Source: Schmidtea polychroa (Eukaryota). Taken from it: a stretch of 64,000 nt of DNA. A program made the position numbers and the translations under genes. The notes under the pieces are model-generated. The model did not search any database. It had not been told where the DNA came from and saw only the letters and a list, made by a program, of their open reading frames with translations. Of the stretch, positions 14,801 to 28,036 are shown in pieces; position 1 is the stretch's first letter; the number at the start of each line of letters is the position of its first letter. The stretch covers positions 26,228,001 through 26,292,000 of the forward strand of contig CM097885.1 in NCBI GenBank assembly GCA_044892525.1. The letters run 5' to 3'.

Positions 14801-15696
14801 ACCAAAAGGCTATATGTGCACCCGATGAGAAATACCCCAACCTTCCAGAGACCTACTATGGATAATATTCTTAAACTCTTTGCTGGAACACTCGCAAGTT
14901 GCTCGCCTAATCCTTTGATTGAACTACCCTCACTTCCATACCGTATATTCTCCTCACTTCTAAACAATCGCCTCTTGAGCTGGATAAAACTCGGCAACCT
15001 ACTATCTATCAACCAAAAGGCTATATGTGCACCCGATGAGAAATACCCCAACCTTCCAGAGACCTACTATGGATAATATTCTTAAACTCTTTGCCGGAAC
15101 ACTCGCAAGTTGCTCGCCTAATCCTTTGATTGAACTACCCTCACTTCCCGAAACTCTCTCTTGCGACCCTTTCGACATCGATGAAATTAAGGCAATCTTC
15201 AAGCAACTCAGCAATACGGCCCCAGGTATAGATGGCATCTCTCTATCTGACTGGAGAATTCTATCACCTGACTTTGAATTCCTTCTATCCTTGTTTAACA
15301 ACCTACTACGCACAACTACTTGCCCTATGTCCTGGAAAACCTTTCGCTCCAAACTAATTCTAAAAGCTGGAAAGACCGAGACTAGCCATGAAGCTAGCGC
15401 CTGGAGACCCATATCTATCATGAACACCTCATACCGTATATTCTCCTCACTTCTAAACAATCGCCTCTTGAGCTGGATAAAACTCGGCAACCTACTATCT
15501 ATCAACCAAAAGGCTATATGTGCACCCGATGAGAAATACCCCAACCTTCCAGAGACCTACTATGGATAATATTCTTAAACTCTTTGCTGGAACACTCGCA
15601 AGTTGCTCGCCTAATCCTTTGATTGAACTACCCTCACTTCCAGAAACTCGGCAACCTACTATCTATCAACCAAAAGGCTATATGTGCACCCGATGA
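11380..15696 (+). repeat. Higher-order tandem array built from RT coding sequence (493, 211 and 164 bp units)
   Basis: 18 units each starting tgagaaatacccc; order L,(M,S)x4,M,M,L,S,S,M,M,L,S; the ORF track shows 375, 211 and 1243 bp periods. Confidence 0.97.
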
Positions 15697-15739
15697 GTTG
15701 ATTTCACGTATAAGGTAAGGCACAACATTGAGGAGACTT

Positions 15740-17173
15740 GAAAATGCCTTAACTGATACCAAAACAATTCTAGCCTCCTATCTAGAAAACTAACTTGAAA
15801 ATGCCTTAACTGATACCAAAACAATTCTAGCCTCCTATCTGCACCCTGCTCAAAAACTCAATGCCTACAAAATTTTCATACATTCTCGCCTTACCTATAT
15901 CTACCGCAACTGCGAAATTCACCACAATATTCTCGACTCCGAAAGAAACCTTAAAAATAATGCAGGTATACCCCATAGAGGCGCCACCCAAAGACTAAAA
16001 TCTATAATCAAAAATGCCATTGGTGATAAAATTTGCGAGCTCAATAACAATTTCCTATACGCATCCATCAAACTTGGGGGACTGGGGTTAACATCCCTCA
16101 TTGATGAATACCTTATCCAGGGAATTGTCCACCTCATACGTGCCCTCAACTAAACTGACACTGATTTTCGCAACCTCGCCCTATCCGAACTCAGTCAAGC
16201 CAGAGGAAATGGCAACATCAACTCTGCAATCTCCTGGTTAAATGGCAACTCCACTAAAAACTTTCCATCTAAATCTCTCTTCTCGAAATTCAGGAAATCA
16301 TCCATAAGACTACGACTCAAATATGGCATCTCCACTAAAATAGTCTTCCTCAAAAATTCCTACCAATTAGAAATTAAATACAAAGACCGAATTAATTACT
16401 TCACATCCTCTAACCTTAAAGACACCTCATCCGAAATACACTCTATTATTAGCCTCATTTATGCTGATAGATGGTCCGAAATGAAATGCCAAGGACATAT
16501 AGTCAAAAGCATTGGTAGCAGTAGCATTGCTAGTTTCTTCTTTAAAACGGACATCCTAACTGACCCGCAATTTATCTTCCTGATCCGAGCACGCAACAAC
16601 ATCCTAAAATTAAACTATACGCCCCGTCGAATTAAATCCAAGAAATCTACCCTATGTAGGCATTGCCACGCCCATCCTGAAACACAGGCACACATATTTA
16701 ACCACTGCCCTGCTAAATCCAATGCCCGCCGAAACAAACATAGAAATGTCCTCCAAGCTGTCTCCGACTTCCTCCTCGAGCATAAATACGATATAGACAT
16801 CGAACAAACCCCAATGGGGATCAACACCACCCTCATCCCCGACCTCCTTATCAAAACCCCGCGGAACAAATTGATTCATATCCTGGACATAAAGGTCCCT
16901 TACGAAAGTGAAAAAAACTTTGAACAAGCTAGGAATAATAATTTTGAGAAATACAAACACCTAGCAATCGACATAGGTCATGCACACAACTGCAAGACCT
17001 CTCTACTTACCCTCGTTATTGATACACTCGGTACCTGGGACAGGAAGAATGACAAAGACCTCAGAATAATTGATCTGAGTAGAGCAGAAATTAAGGCTCT
17101 AGCAAAAAGAGCCTGTACAGCAGCCGTAGTCAGCAGCTACCTCATATATAGGGAACACATATACAAAGACTAA
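15740..17173 (+). pseudogene. RT thumb, CCHC zinc knuckle and restriction-like endonuclease (RLE)
   Basis: LHPAQKLNAY, KLGGLG, CRHC...ETQAHIFNHC, RRNKH, PDLL...DIKVPYE, KYKHL, GTW; ORF 16481..17173 is open, upstream part has a stop. Confidence 0.92.
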
Positions 17174-17440
17174 CACACACCCCCATATTTCTCTATATAT
17201 TATCTAACTGTCAAAGCATTACCATATTTATATCAAAACTATTCCTATTATACAAAATTTTAATTATCCCTATGCAATGATGAGATTTAAAAATGGTATC
17301 CCCTTTGTATACTGAGTGTTGCGTATGAATGCAAAGCTCTTAATATTAGCAACACGATTTTTGATATTGGTATTCATAGTATCAATAATAACAATAGTGA
17401 TAATAATAATGGTAATAATAATAGTAAAATTAATAATGAT

Positions 17441-17549
<109 letters not shown>

Positions 17550-17699
17550 GGGATACAGATAATAATAATAACGATTACAATAATAAGAACAATATATCCA
17601 TTATTCTATACCATGCACCTCCTCGGGCAACCGACTTATTTAATAGAAAGGACCCACCGTGTTGAATACCCAATGATACAAGGACATACTGGACACCTG

Positions 17700-18196
17700 C
17701 CCATCAATGTGCTTTTAACTGTGACTGATCAATCCGGCAATCCTGACCAGTCAAGCCTCAGCCCAGCCAGTCTCCTCTGATATATGTGTTTTTAACTGTG
17801 AATGATCAATCCGGCAATCCTGACCAGTCCAGCATCAACCCAACCAACACAGCCAGCAATCCTGGCCAGTCAAGCGCCAACCCAACCAACCCAGCCATCA
17901 AGCGTCAACACATTCAACCCAGCCAGTCTCTTTTGTTATATATGTTTTTTAACTGTGAATGAGCAATCCGGCAATTCTGACCAGTCAAGCGTCAACCCAA
18001 CCAACCCAACCAGTCTCTTCTGTTATATATGTTTTTTAACTGTGAATGATCAACCCGGCAATCCTGGCCAGTCAAGCGTCAACACATTCAACCCAACCAG
18101 TCTCCTTTGTTATATGTATTTTTAACAGTGACTAATCAATCCGGCTATCCTGACCAGTCAAGTGTCAACCCAACCAACCCTGAACAGTCAAGCGTC
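17700..18196. repeat. Minisatellite with variable units of about 80-90 bp
   Basis: Repeated ttttaactgtgaatgatcaatccggcaatcctgaccagtcaagcgtcaacccaacc. Confidence 0.85.
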
Positions 18197-18714
18197 TCTT
18201 TTCTTGTGTTGCCTCATTCCTATATTTGCTTATTTATATTTAATATTTAAAAAAACAATAATTAAAACAACCTTTCACCTATCCTTCAACCTCTACTCTC
18301 CAACTTCTACCCGCCTATACCGTATCTTTAAATAGCCTTAAGAAACCTTCACCCTACAACATACTCTCAAACCTCTACCTTTCAATACTATGCCCTCCAA
18401 CCTCTACCGTCCAAACTCTACATTCCAACCTCTACATTCCAACCTCTAACTTCCATCAACCTCTTCAGCCAAAACCTTCACACCTAACATACTATTAAAC
18501 CCCTACCATATGTCTTCAACCTCTAGCCTTTTACCTCACACTGTAGTACCTGTACCTCCAAACTCGTCTACCCACTATTCTTCTGAACTACCAAAAACTC
18601 ACCAACTATATCCTATATATAATACTGTATGTCCATGCATAACCTTATTTATACCCAAAATATCTTTATTATATGAAAGTGGAGCTTGTCTCAAGAAGCT
18701 TCAACATCAACCAA

Positions 18715-19434
18715 TCAGACCTCTCGTTTAACGCTTGAGCACCTGCTCAGCGTTCGCCAGTTAACAGAAAAAAAAGCTTTAGATTTCAAAGGGTCGAGAA
18801 TATCTCCCCTTACGCCCGATGGGCCTGATGGTTTATTAAAATAAAATTTGATTTTTTTTTTTGACATGATGGTCACATCACGAAATAAAAGCCTATCTTC
18901 AAATATGCAATGCGCAAATCGTCCATATTTGTTGATCCCTTCATCGGCAATGCGCTTATCCAACACAATTACAAAACTTTCTTCGCCTCCTTTCCCTTCA
19001 GAGATTTCGCAAACTGGAATGAGATTATCATACCGATGTCCAATGGCAGGGACAGCTGGTACTTCTTCTTCCTGGATAAACGCCGCCAACTTGCAGTGCT
19101 AATTGACCCAATGCGGGAAGATAGCCTCTTTCTACATCAAGATATTGCCACCAACCTATTGGATACTATTCTGAGTCTCCAAAATCTGGTCAGCCAAGTC
19201 ACCCTATCTTTAACAACTCTGGAATACCCAAGATGCTCGACACCGCTCGAATCTGCTCCATATGTGTGCCACATACTGAAATGCCTTAACTTACACATCC
19301 CCATTACCGCACCTGACCTACCACACATGCTGAAGGAAATGAGCGAGATTATCTCCACCTTCACCCATAACAGACTGCCCATTAACAACTTGAGAAAGTA
19401 TCACATATTCCTTCAAAAACAAATTGCTTTTTAA
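18715..19434 (+). pseudogene. Ulp1/C48-like protease domain of a second NeSL-like element (homologous to 10890-11150)
   Basis: IIIPMSNGRDSWYFFFLD...LIDP...EYPRCSTPLESAPYVCH resembles the Ulp pattern P..HW..D..DS..Q..DCG..C and aligns with EYPRCSVPADSAFFICH at about 10975. Confidence 0.55.
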
Positions 19435-19437
19435 AAA

Positions 19438-19878
19438 ATGTCGGAAAAAATCACGCAACATAACATTCGTAGCAACTGGGTAGAATTACCCTTAAAAATT
19501 CATAAATTAATTGTTTTTTTCGATCTAGGAAAAAGCAAGCCAACAGGGGAGATGCTAGATAGCTGGTACCGAACTCGGATGCAGCTCAGAAAACCCAATT
19601 CAAGCACGGCCCTCTATATTGAGGAAACAATGAAGGGAAGCTCTCGAAGGAACAGAGGAATGGATTTGAAGGCGATGACAGTCTTCAACAAGATAAAGGA
19701 AAATATAGACAACAGAAATATATTTTCAAATAAATCGATTCAAAATAATAACATTTATTATTATAGAAATTATGAAACGTCTGCTGATTGCCGGAATGGG
19801 CCAAGGAACTCTGTGGACCAGCGCTTCGGGACGGGGCAGGAATCCAAGCTCACAAAACTCGAGGTAATTATAATATGA
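19438..19878 (+). other. Unknown ORF, homologous to 4940-5190
   Basis: Shared NIRSNW/STALY motifs; no family recognised. Confidence 0.5.
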
Positions 19879-20517
19879 TATATAATTGACAGCCATTGGA
19901 ACTCATAAATCACAATTCAGAACGGATTTATTGTCGACCAATTGCTCGCGGATTGGACCGACACTGACAGTTTCAGCTCAATGCAGCTCACAGAGAGGCA
20001 TATGCTATTGAAATTGTTCGCCGTAAGTTTTTTTATTTCTTTAATATCTTATAACATCGTTATTTGTCATATGTTAATAATCATTATATTATTATTATTA
20101 TTATTATTATTATGATAATTATTAATATTTTATAATAATTCTCATGGCCATTCGCTGATGTAACACAGAATTCATCAAGCAATTATGTAGACCTAATAAT
20201 AATGGTTATAGTTATTATTATTATTAATAATAATAATATTATTAATATTATTAATTGATTAAATATTAGTATTTTTATTTAAATTTATTATTATTTTGAA
20301 AAATATTATTATTATTTTTGTCATAAAGACAGTCAAATGAAAAATAACAAGGCATGTGTAGACGCAATGTGATTGGTCAAGAGAGTAAAATATTCAGTTT
20401 ATATGTGTGTGTCTAAATTCTGATTGGCTGGGACAGGAAATTTTCATTTTTTATAAACATTCACAAATTCCAAATTTATCACTTTTAAAAAATATTTATT
20501 TAGAAATTTGCAAAAAA

Positions 20518-22017
20518 ATGAATAACCAAAATAATATTTTAAGAGCAATGTTGGCTGGAGAAAACAGTAAATTATTTTTTCTTTTATTTATTATTATTTT
20601 ATTCACATTTAGCTAATTTATGGTACGAAGTTACCGAAGCAGAAAATAATATGTAAGATGCCCCAATTATTATTAGTGACGATGATGATGGTAAATTTAA
20701 TTATTTATTAAATTATTAAAATTTAGATGAAATTAATCTTATGGAAAATAATGAACTTATTATTATAACCGATGATGAAGAAATCATTATTAGTGATGAC
20801 AGTGGTAAGTTTTATATTATTTATCAAATATATTTAAAAAGGAACTTCAGATAATGAAACAAATGTAGTTACAAATGAAGGAGTAGTTAATGATATCGTC
20901 GATGATGCCCCCACATATATTGAAAATGTCGTCAATGAATCTGATGCCTCCACCGCTATTGGGGATGCCCCTATTGGATGAATTAGAAGATGATTCTGAT
21001 TCCGATATGGAATGGAAATGTTAGGGGGGGTAGGGGTATGTCTTTGTCCCAGAGGGCCCGCTATCCCTCTACTACAATATAATGGATCATATACTGCTCA
21101 ATTTTCAAAAACTTTGGTGAAACATCATTGACTTTGTCGAAAAATACTGATTTTAGAGACACATATATTCAAGATTTCGATGATGCACCCACATATATTG
21201 GAAATGTCGTCAATGAATCTGATGCCTCCACATTTATTGCAAATGCAGTCGATGATTCTGATGCCCCCATCGCTATTGGGGATGCCCCTATTGGATGAAT
21301 TAGAAGATGATTCTGATTCCGATATGGAATGGAAATGTTAGGGGGGGTAGGGGTATGTCTTTGTCCCAGAGGGCCCGCTATCCCTCTACTACAATATAAT
21401 GGATCATATACTGCTCAATTTTCAAAAACTTTGGTGAAACATCATTGACTTTGTCGAAAAATACTGATTTTAGAGACATATATTCAAGATTTCGATGATG
21501 CCCCCACATATATTGGAAATGTCGTCAATGAATCTGATGCCTCCACATTTATTGCAAATGCAGTCGATGATTCTGATGCCCCACCGCTATTGGGGATGCC
21601 CCTATGCGGGATGAATTAGAAGATGATTCTGATTATGGAATGGATCTGTGTTGATATAAATGTATATTGAAATATAGAAAGTTGTTATGGAGTAAGTTGT
21701 TTTTTATACTGTTTAATTTATTAAAGTAGTTCTGTTCAGGTCAATAAATGCGGTAAACAGATATTGGGAAATGGATTTATAGTTAGTGTAAGAAATTTAT
21801 TTTATTTTTGTATATTATTTTTAAAAAAACATTTAGAGTTTAATGTGGACTTAGATGACGAATCCAATAATGATCTTTTAAATACGGGAAATGCTCTCAC
21901 TTGTATTGAGGAGGTACCAAAGGAGAAATCAAATATGGAAAATGCCCTCAGTTCTAATGAGGATGATAATGTCCTCTCTGAGGATGATTCTGATTCCGAC
22001 ATGGAATCACAATGTAA
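20518..22017 (+). pseudogene. Multi-exon acidic poly-SIM-like gene, copy A (rearranged)
   Basis: MNNQNNILRAMLAGEN|NLWYEVTE...*DAPIIISDDDD|...LIIITDDEEIIISDDS|...DSDSDMESQ with GT-AG micro-introns; one stop and internal duplications. Confidence 0.65.
21021..21073. mobile_element. Maverick-type terminus remnant (duplicated at 21338-21390)
   Basis: G-run then tatgt...gggcccgctatccctctact; the reverse complement starts AGTAGAGGG and has a C-run, like the termini at 38292 and 48719. Confidence 0.55.
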
Positions 22018-23106
22018 GTATTTATTTATTTATTTATATATATATATTTTTTAAATTTAAAAATTTTCTTAATCACTTTTTTAACATTTGCATAAAACTT
22101 TTATGTTATTATGTTATTGAAATTATGAATATAATGAAGAAAATGATGATGAAATTATGATGAAAATGAAGAAAATTATGAAAATGTTATAATGAAGTTA
22201 TTATGACGAAAATGAAGAAAATTTTAATTAATGGAATCACCAGATTAAATAATAAAATTGACATATTTAGGAAGCGGATGGGGGGGGGTAGGTAAAATCA
22301 AAGAGATAGATTTTATCCTAACTAAATATACTCACATGAATAGGCTAGTATAAAATTTAATTTATTTTATTTATTATATTGAATTTATTTGTAAAGGCTG
22401 ACAGCTAGAGGTTTCAAAATTCCAATTAAATTTATTTATTTTTCTTAATTACTTGTATTCTTTATAAACCGTTTCTGGAGACTCATTTATTTTATATCAT
22501 CCTATATTCGTATTTGTCCCAGTAATTACCATCCGCCCATTCCTGTTTCACTCGAAATATGTCAATTTTTGACAACCTAAACATATCAAATATATCAATT
22601 ACAAATCTTGTTAGGTAATTTTTAAATGAGAGTTTTAATAAAATATTTATTCAGAATGTCGAATACCCAAATGGTTCAAAGGTTTCCATGCGATATTGAT
22701 GATAATATGGAGATAAATTTAATGAATCTCAAAGCCCAATATCAGGATCAAGTCAATTATCAGCAGCCAATCATATCATCAGCAACGCCAATGATTAGGG
22801 GGACACGGTCGCATCAGCCAATAAAATAAACTTGGTGTCCGTGAAGAGCATCCCAACAAATATTGATCTGGAATCCAATTGCAGGTGTCCAAAATCAATT
22901 TGACAAAGGAAACGATTACGGAGATTTCTTGGAGATGAACTTTCAAGACCGGGAGGTAAATAGTCGTTCAATATATCGGCACTCTGTAAAAAGATATGAA
23001 TTGGGTGATGTGAATCGGCACGCACTATTGCTGATTTCCAAACAATTTGGTGAAAATAGCAGCTGTGAAGACGACGAGGAGGATGAAGAGGTACTGTAAC
23101 CTGCAC

Positions 23107-23875
23107 ATGGCCAATGGCAGTGGCATGGAAGCTTATATTGAATCAATTCATGGGAGTCCAGTAGCAATCGCATCTTCATCAAGCTATTTAGTAAGCCCAC
23201 CGGGACCAAGGGATAATCTCATCCGAGTTGTCATGGTGACTGATGAAGGCAACAACCTAGTCTGGCGAATTGATATATTCAAGGCAACAGACCAACCAAC
23301 AAAATGGGTAAAAATTCAATTCACTGTCGTCATCCAGTTCGAGAAAGAAGGGGAAATTAGAGATAATTTTTTCTCTTATAGCAACGAAGTTTTTACAGAA
23401 AATTTGTTTAATGAATGGAATCACCAGATTAAATAATAAAATAGAAAAATTTACGTATTTAGGGAGCTGATGGCGGGTAGTTAAGATCAAAGAGATAGAT
23501 ACACATTTGAATAGGCTAGCTGGTCATAGTTATATCCCCACACCATCAGCATTAATCCCAAAAAGAGCTATAGTAAACGTCAAAAACAACGACGATATGT
23601 GCTTTACATATAGCATTTTAGCACTGTTAAAACGCGATGTTATACGTCGTCATAGAAATCGTGTTACGACATATGAAAATTATTTAGGTGAACTGAATTT
23701 TGACCCTATAAGTGATTGTCCCATGAAATTATGTGATATCCCCAAATTCGAGAGGAAAAATAAGGAATTAAATTTGGCAATTAATGTATTAACCTATAGG
23801 AAAAAACCAGCTAAGCCTATAGAAAACGATGACAGCTTCTATATTCACCATCATCCTCATTTAGATATTATGCAA
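23107..23875 (+). pseudogene. Maverick pPolB N-terminal region
   Basis: GS*W...AGHSYIPTP...KRAIVNVKNNDDMCFTYSILA...IPKFERKN...INV, typical of the Polinton PolB N-terminus; contains stops. Confidence 0.85.
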
Positions 23876-25661
23876 TCAAAGCCAGACACTGTTTTTCACA
23901 TGTTATCGTCATTGAATTTGAATAAAGAATACGCTATATTCATTCGGAATTAACATTGATTAGAGTTTGTTAATTATTAAATGGGAATAATATAAATATG
24001 TTTTTAATGCTATGTAGTAATTGAATAATTGGAATATTTTTAAAAAAAATATTTTAAGCACAAATTAATAAGTCGAAACAAACAAATATTATTGCGAACC
24101 CAATCAGAGCTTTAAAGTATTATTTTTACGGAGACACTGCAACATAGATAAGGATACGAAGATTATTTTATTGGATCTGTAAGCGAGAAACGAAAATCCT
24201 ATAAGAACAAAAAAAAGAACTTTCAGAGAATTACTAATGACAACACACTCAAAAATATTAGACATAATAATAATATATTCAACCTATGATTTTATTTATG
24301 CTCAAAAAGCAGTAGATGAATAAAAGACCCGATCCTATTAATATCAACGAAGTGAATAATGTCAGGTATTCCATTTGCACAATATATAATTTGAAAACTT
24401 TCTATGAAAACACGCTAACTTTGTCAATGAAATTTCATGGGACTCTTATCACATGTTTTATCGACAGACTTGATTCAAAGACCTCAATTACTCATGACAG
24501 AAACAACAATTTATTGCTGCGTCTGGTGATGAAATACTTCCAACCAAATATATGCAGATTACAACTCAATGGTGGAGCGCATGTACTAAGCCGAGTAGTG
24601 ACTAGTCAGAGACTTTCCCATGCGATATTGACAACGCGATACGAGAAATTAATAATGTTAGAAATAATAATAGTGATATCTTCAACCCTTGAATCCTAGG
24701 AAAACAATCAGTTATGTTAAATCTGAAAGTGCCACATCACTTGAGGTCCTTGTATCCATTTTTGGATTACCCAGCAAATATACGAGAAATTAATAATAAT
24801 AACTTCAAATAATATTCCCATAATAATAATTATAATATTATTCCCACTATAAATAATAAAAGAAAAACTAGTTTACAAATACCCAAACCCTTTTAATTTA
24901 TTAAAAAGATTTCATCTTTATTTCAGACTTCGATAATTAATTCTTACTACTACTAATAATAATACAATTGACTCAACTTTTAATGAATATATTAATTACC
25001 AACATGGTGGTTCACTTGTGTAGTGCCTCCGCTTTATTCTTCGCATTATATTATATTTAGTTTAATTTTTGTAAAATTAATTATTTTTTTCATCACTTTT
25101 ACTATATACCTAAAATTTTAAACATAAAATACTCAAACCTATAAAATGTCAAGAAATATTCAAGGAAACCAAAACGGAAACGGAGTCAAGAATGGTAACA
25201 TTTGTTAATTTATTTATCATACAGGGAGCCAAATCTGGAAACCTGGCCTTTAGACTGTTCAATTGTATCATTCCTATTACCAAATTACAGAACGACCTTC
25301 CGAATGCCAACTCCATCGCGGACTTTGAACTGATAACAATCGGGATAACGTTTTGAGTGTTGTAATTGTTATTCCACATCATATGTAATGCCAATCTTTC
25401 ACCCGATACAACTAGCACCCAACAACCAGCCTCCCCATATCGAACATCGACCGTCCCGAATCAGTCACTGGTATACAACTGTCAACATCCAGTGCTTAGA
25501 TGGCCTGATCATCGTAGATGCCACGACAAAAATCAACTCATTTGTTAAACCACGTTTGATTGCTATGTAAAATCTTTTTATTATGAAGGGTTAAGAAGTT
25601 CTCCCATTACGCCTTATTTGGCCTGTAATGTTATAAACCTTAAAAAAACATTTTCCAAACA

Positions 25662-26130
25662 ATGTCAACGTCACAGGATGGAGTTACAGTTCCAGAAGGA
25701 AAAAAATCATTCAAGTCTAAAAAAAGAACTCGATCACCATTACCAAGCATAGAAGATTCAGGACCCCATATAATAACATCAACTGGTGGATTCATTGGAG
25801 GTAATTTAGTGAATATTGACAAAGAATCGAAAGAGTTTAAAGAAATATTATGGCGTCAAAAATACATTCAGTTTCACGTCAATGAAGGAAATATAAATTT
25901 ACCCCTTGAAGTGAAGAAATTACAAACACCCTTGGATTTTTAAATTATTTTTTTACTGAAGATCTATTGGATTTTATAATTTCGGAAACCCAACGAGCTG
26001 CAATTGCAGAAAACGTAAACACCCAGTTTAAAATTGATAAATACGGAATTTTTCGATAGATCGGAATTCTGATTTTTATGTCAGTTTTGCGTTATCCAAA
26101 TATAAAAGATCACTGGAGTGGATTCGGGTG
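25662..26130 (+). pseudogene. piggyBac transposase N-terminal fragment
   Basis: TPLDF...FTEDLLDFIISETQ...IGILIFMSVLRYPNIKDHWS pattern; frameshift and stop. Confidence 0.7.
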
Positions 26131-27068
26131 AAGATATTGTAAGAATATGTTGAAAAAACGAAAATAAAGCGATTTACTTCGTTTGATGGAAGACTGCTCT
26201 ATACCGATGTAAAATGGCATACTTCCAAAAAAAGAGAGGACTTGGTGGCTGATGGTATTCAAATCACCATCAGGTTTATGTCAACATTTACTAGTAATTC
26301 ACCCGAATATCAATTAATGTTGACAGTCAAGTAATAATAATTTATTGGTAATGAATTAAATATTATATTAAACATATGTGAACGTTCAATCGGCCGTCTT
26401 TAGGGCCAAAAATATGATTGTGCAATATTTCGAAATATATTCGAATATTTTAAAAATTTAATAAAGTTATATTATAGAATTTTTCATCGTTGGTTTCTTT
26501 ATTAAAATATAGCATTTTCATTGGGAATGTACTTACTGATGGCAATACTACCAGATGAAAGAAATCAAATCTGGCAAAGATAATCATCCATCTCTTTCAA
26601 TTAATCTACTAGAAATTTCTCATCTAACTTCCAGAGCAAAATCCTATACATTCAAAGTCATAAATGTCTTGTCAAGTAAAATTATTAATTAATTTTATTT
26701 ATTGATTTTAATTTTATACTCTTTCGTTGAAATTCAATTTATAGATAAAATAATCAAAATTTATAATTTATAAATTAAAATAATTAAATTTAAAATTTCC
26801 AAATAATTAAAATTTCACAAACAGGTTAGATGTAAATGAGATTATGGGAAAATCATAGCGAGAGTGGATTCATAACAATTTTAGTTATAATGTAAAAATA
26901 TGAAGACAGCTTTACTTTGTGATGGCATAAAGAAAGGGAGATAAACAAATCATCAATAATTAAATGCAAAAATTGTGTGAAATAATTTGTTATCACCATT
27001 TCAACAACCAATCAAATTAAAGAAAAATTATATTATCTCAAAATCATCACAATTTAAAAAATTTTAAA

Positions 27069-27492
27069 ATGGACGCAGAATTAAACAATATTTTGAATGC
27101 CATGTTGAATGGCGAAAATGGTAAATTATTTATTTATTATTATTTATTATTTTAGAGAATTTATGGTTTCAAGTTACAGAAAACATTTATAATCGGGAAA
27201 GTATTATTATTAGTGATGATGATACGAGTAAATTTATTTTATAAATTTAAAAATTCAATTTAGGTGATTGCGAAATCATTGAAAATGATGACAAGAATGG
27301 AACCTGTAAAATAATAGATGATATTGAAAATGATGTCACCAAATCACGTAAATTTATTTTATTTATTAGAAAATTTAGAATATGTTGTTATTAGCGATGA
27401 TGATGCTCCAGCTCATGCTCCGGTTAATGCCCTATCATATACTGAGGAAGTCCTCCCTGATGAGGAATCTGATTCCGACTACGAATCACAAT
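27069..27492 (+). CDS. Multi-exon acidic poly-SIM-like gene, copy B
   Basis: MDAELNNILNAMLNGEN|ENLWFQVTE...SIIISDDDT|DCEIIE...|YVVISDDD...SDSDYESQ| with GT-AG micro-introns; may contain a frameshift. Confidence 0.65.
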
Positions 27493-27766
27493 GTAAGATT
27501 CTATTTATTTTTATATTTTGTTTTTTAAAATTTTTTTAATAACATTTTTTTTAAAGATTTATTATTAACATTTGTAATTAATTAAAAATTTCTTAATAAC
27601 TTTTTAATATTTGTAAAATATTATGAAAATGATGAAAATGAAGAAAATGATGAAATTATGAAAATGATATATGATGAAATTATTATTTTATTTATTTTAT
27701 AAATGTTAAAAAGTTTTTAGGAAATTATAGTTATAAAATAGTCCTTGTAGTTTGCAATGAGCATCT

Positions 27767-27799
<33 letters not shown>

Positions 27800-28036
27800 T
27801 ATCTTGTGGTCTGCAGTCAGCATTATTATTATTATTATAATTGACCCATTAAATGTAGTCTGCAGTCAGAATGCAGCTACATCACTCTAAAATATAATAA
27901 TAAATATACTTATAATAATGTTCAAAGTAGTTTACAACTATCTTTGAACATAAAGAATATTATAGAGTATTATTGTTAATGGTTATTAGTCAATCCTTTT
28001 TTTATAATTATCTAATCATAAAAATAGACTAACTAA

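Larger units (their letters stand above)
8170..17300 (+). mobile_element. Degenerate R2/NeSL-like non-LTR retrotransposon (RLE clade)
   Basis: Order: long low-complexity N-terminus, C2H2-like fingers, Ulp-like remnant, RT N-terminus, thumb, CCHC knuckle and PD-(D/E)xK endonuclease; C/A-rich strand bias; boundaries approximate. Confidence 0.85.

Noticed and set aside
11837..15544. Repeated 86/180-aa ORFs as real genes
   Set aside because: They are by-products of the tandem array or antisense shadows of RT sequence.
11380..15696. CRISPR-like repeat/spacer array
   Set aside because: No unique spacers; the variable parts are nested deletions of one RT segment; no cas genes; eukaryotic context.
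18730..18756. Ribozyme-like hairpin AACGCTTGAGCA-CC-TGCTCAGCGTT
   Set aside because: No HDV or hammerhead core recognised; lies in probable coding sequence.
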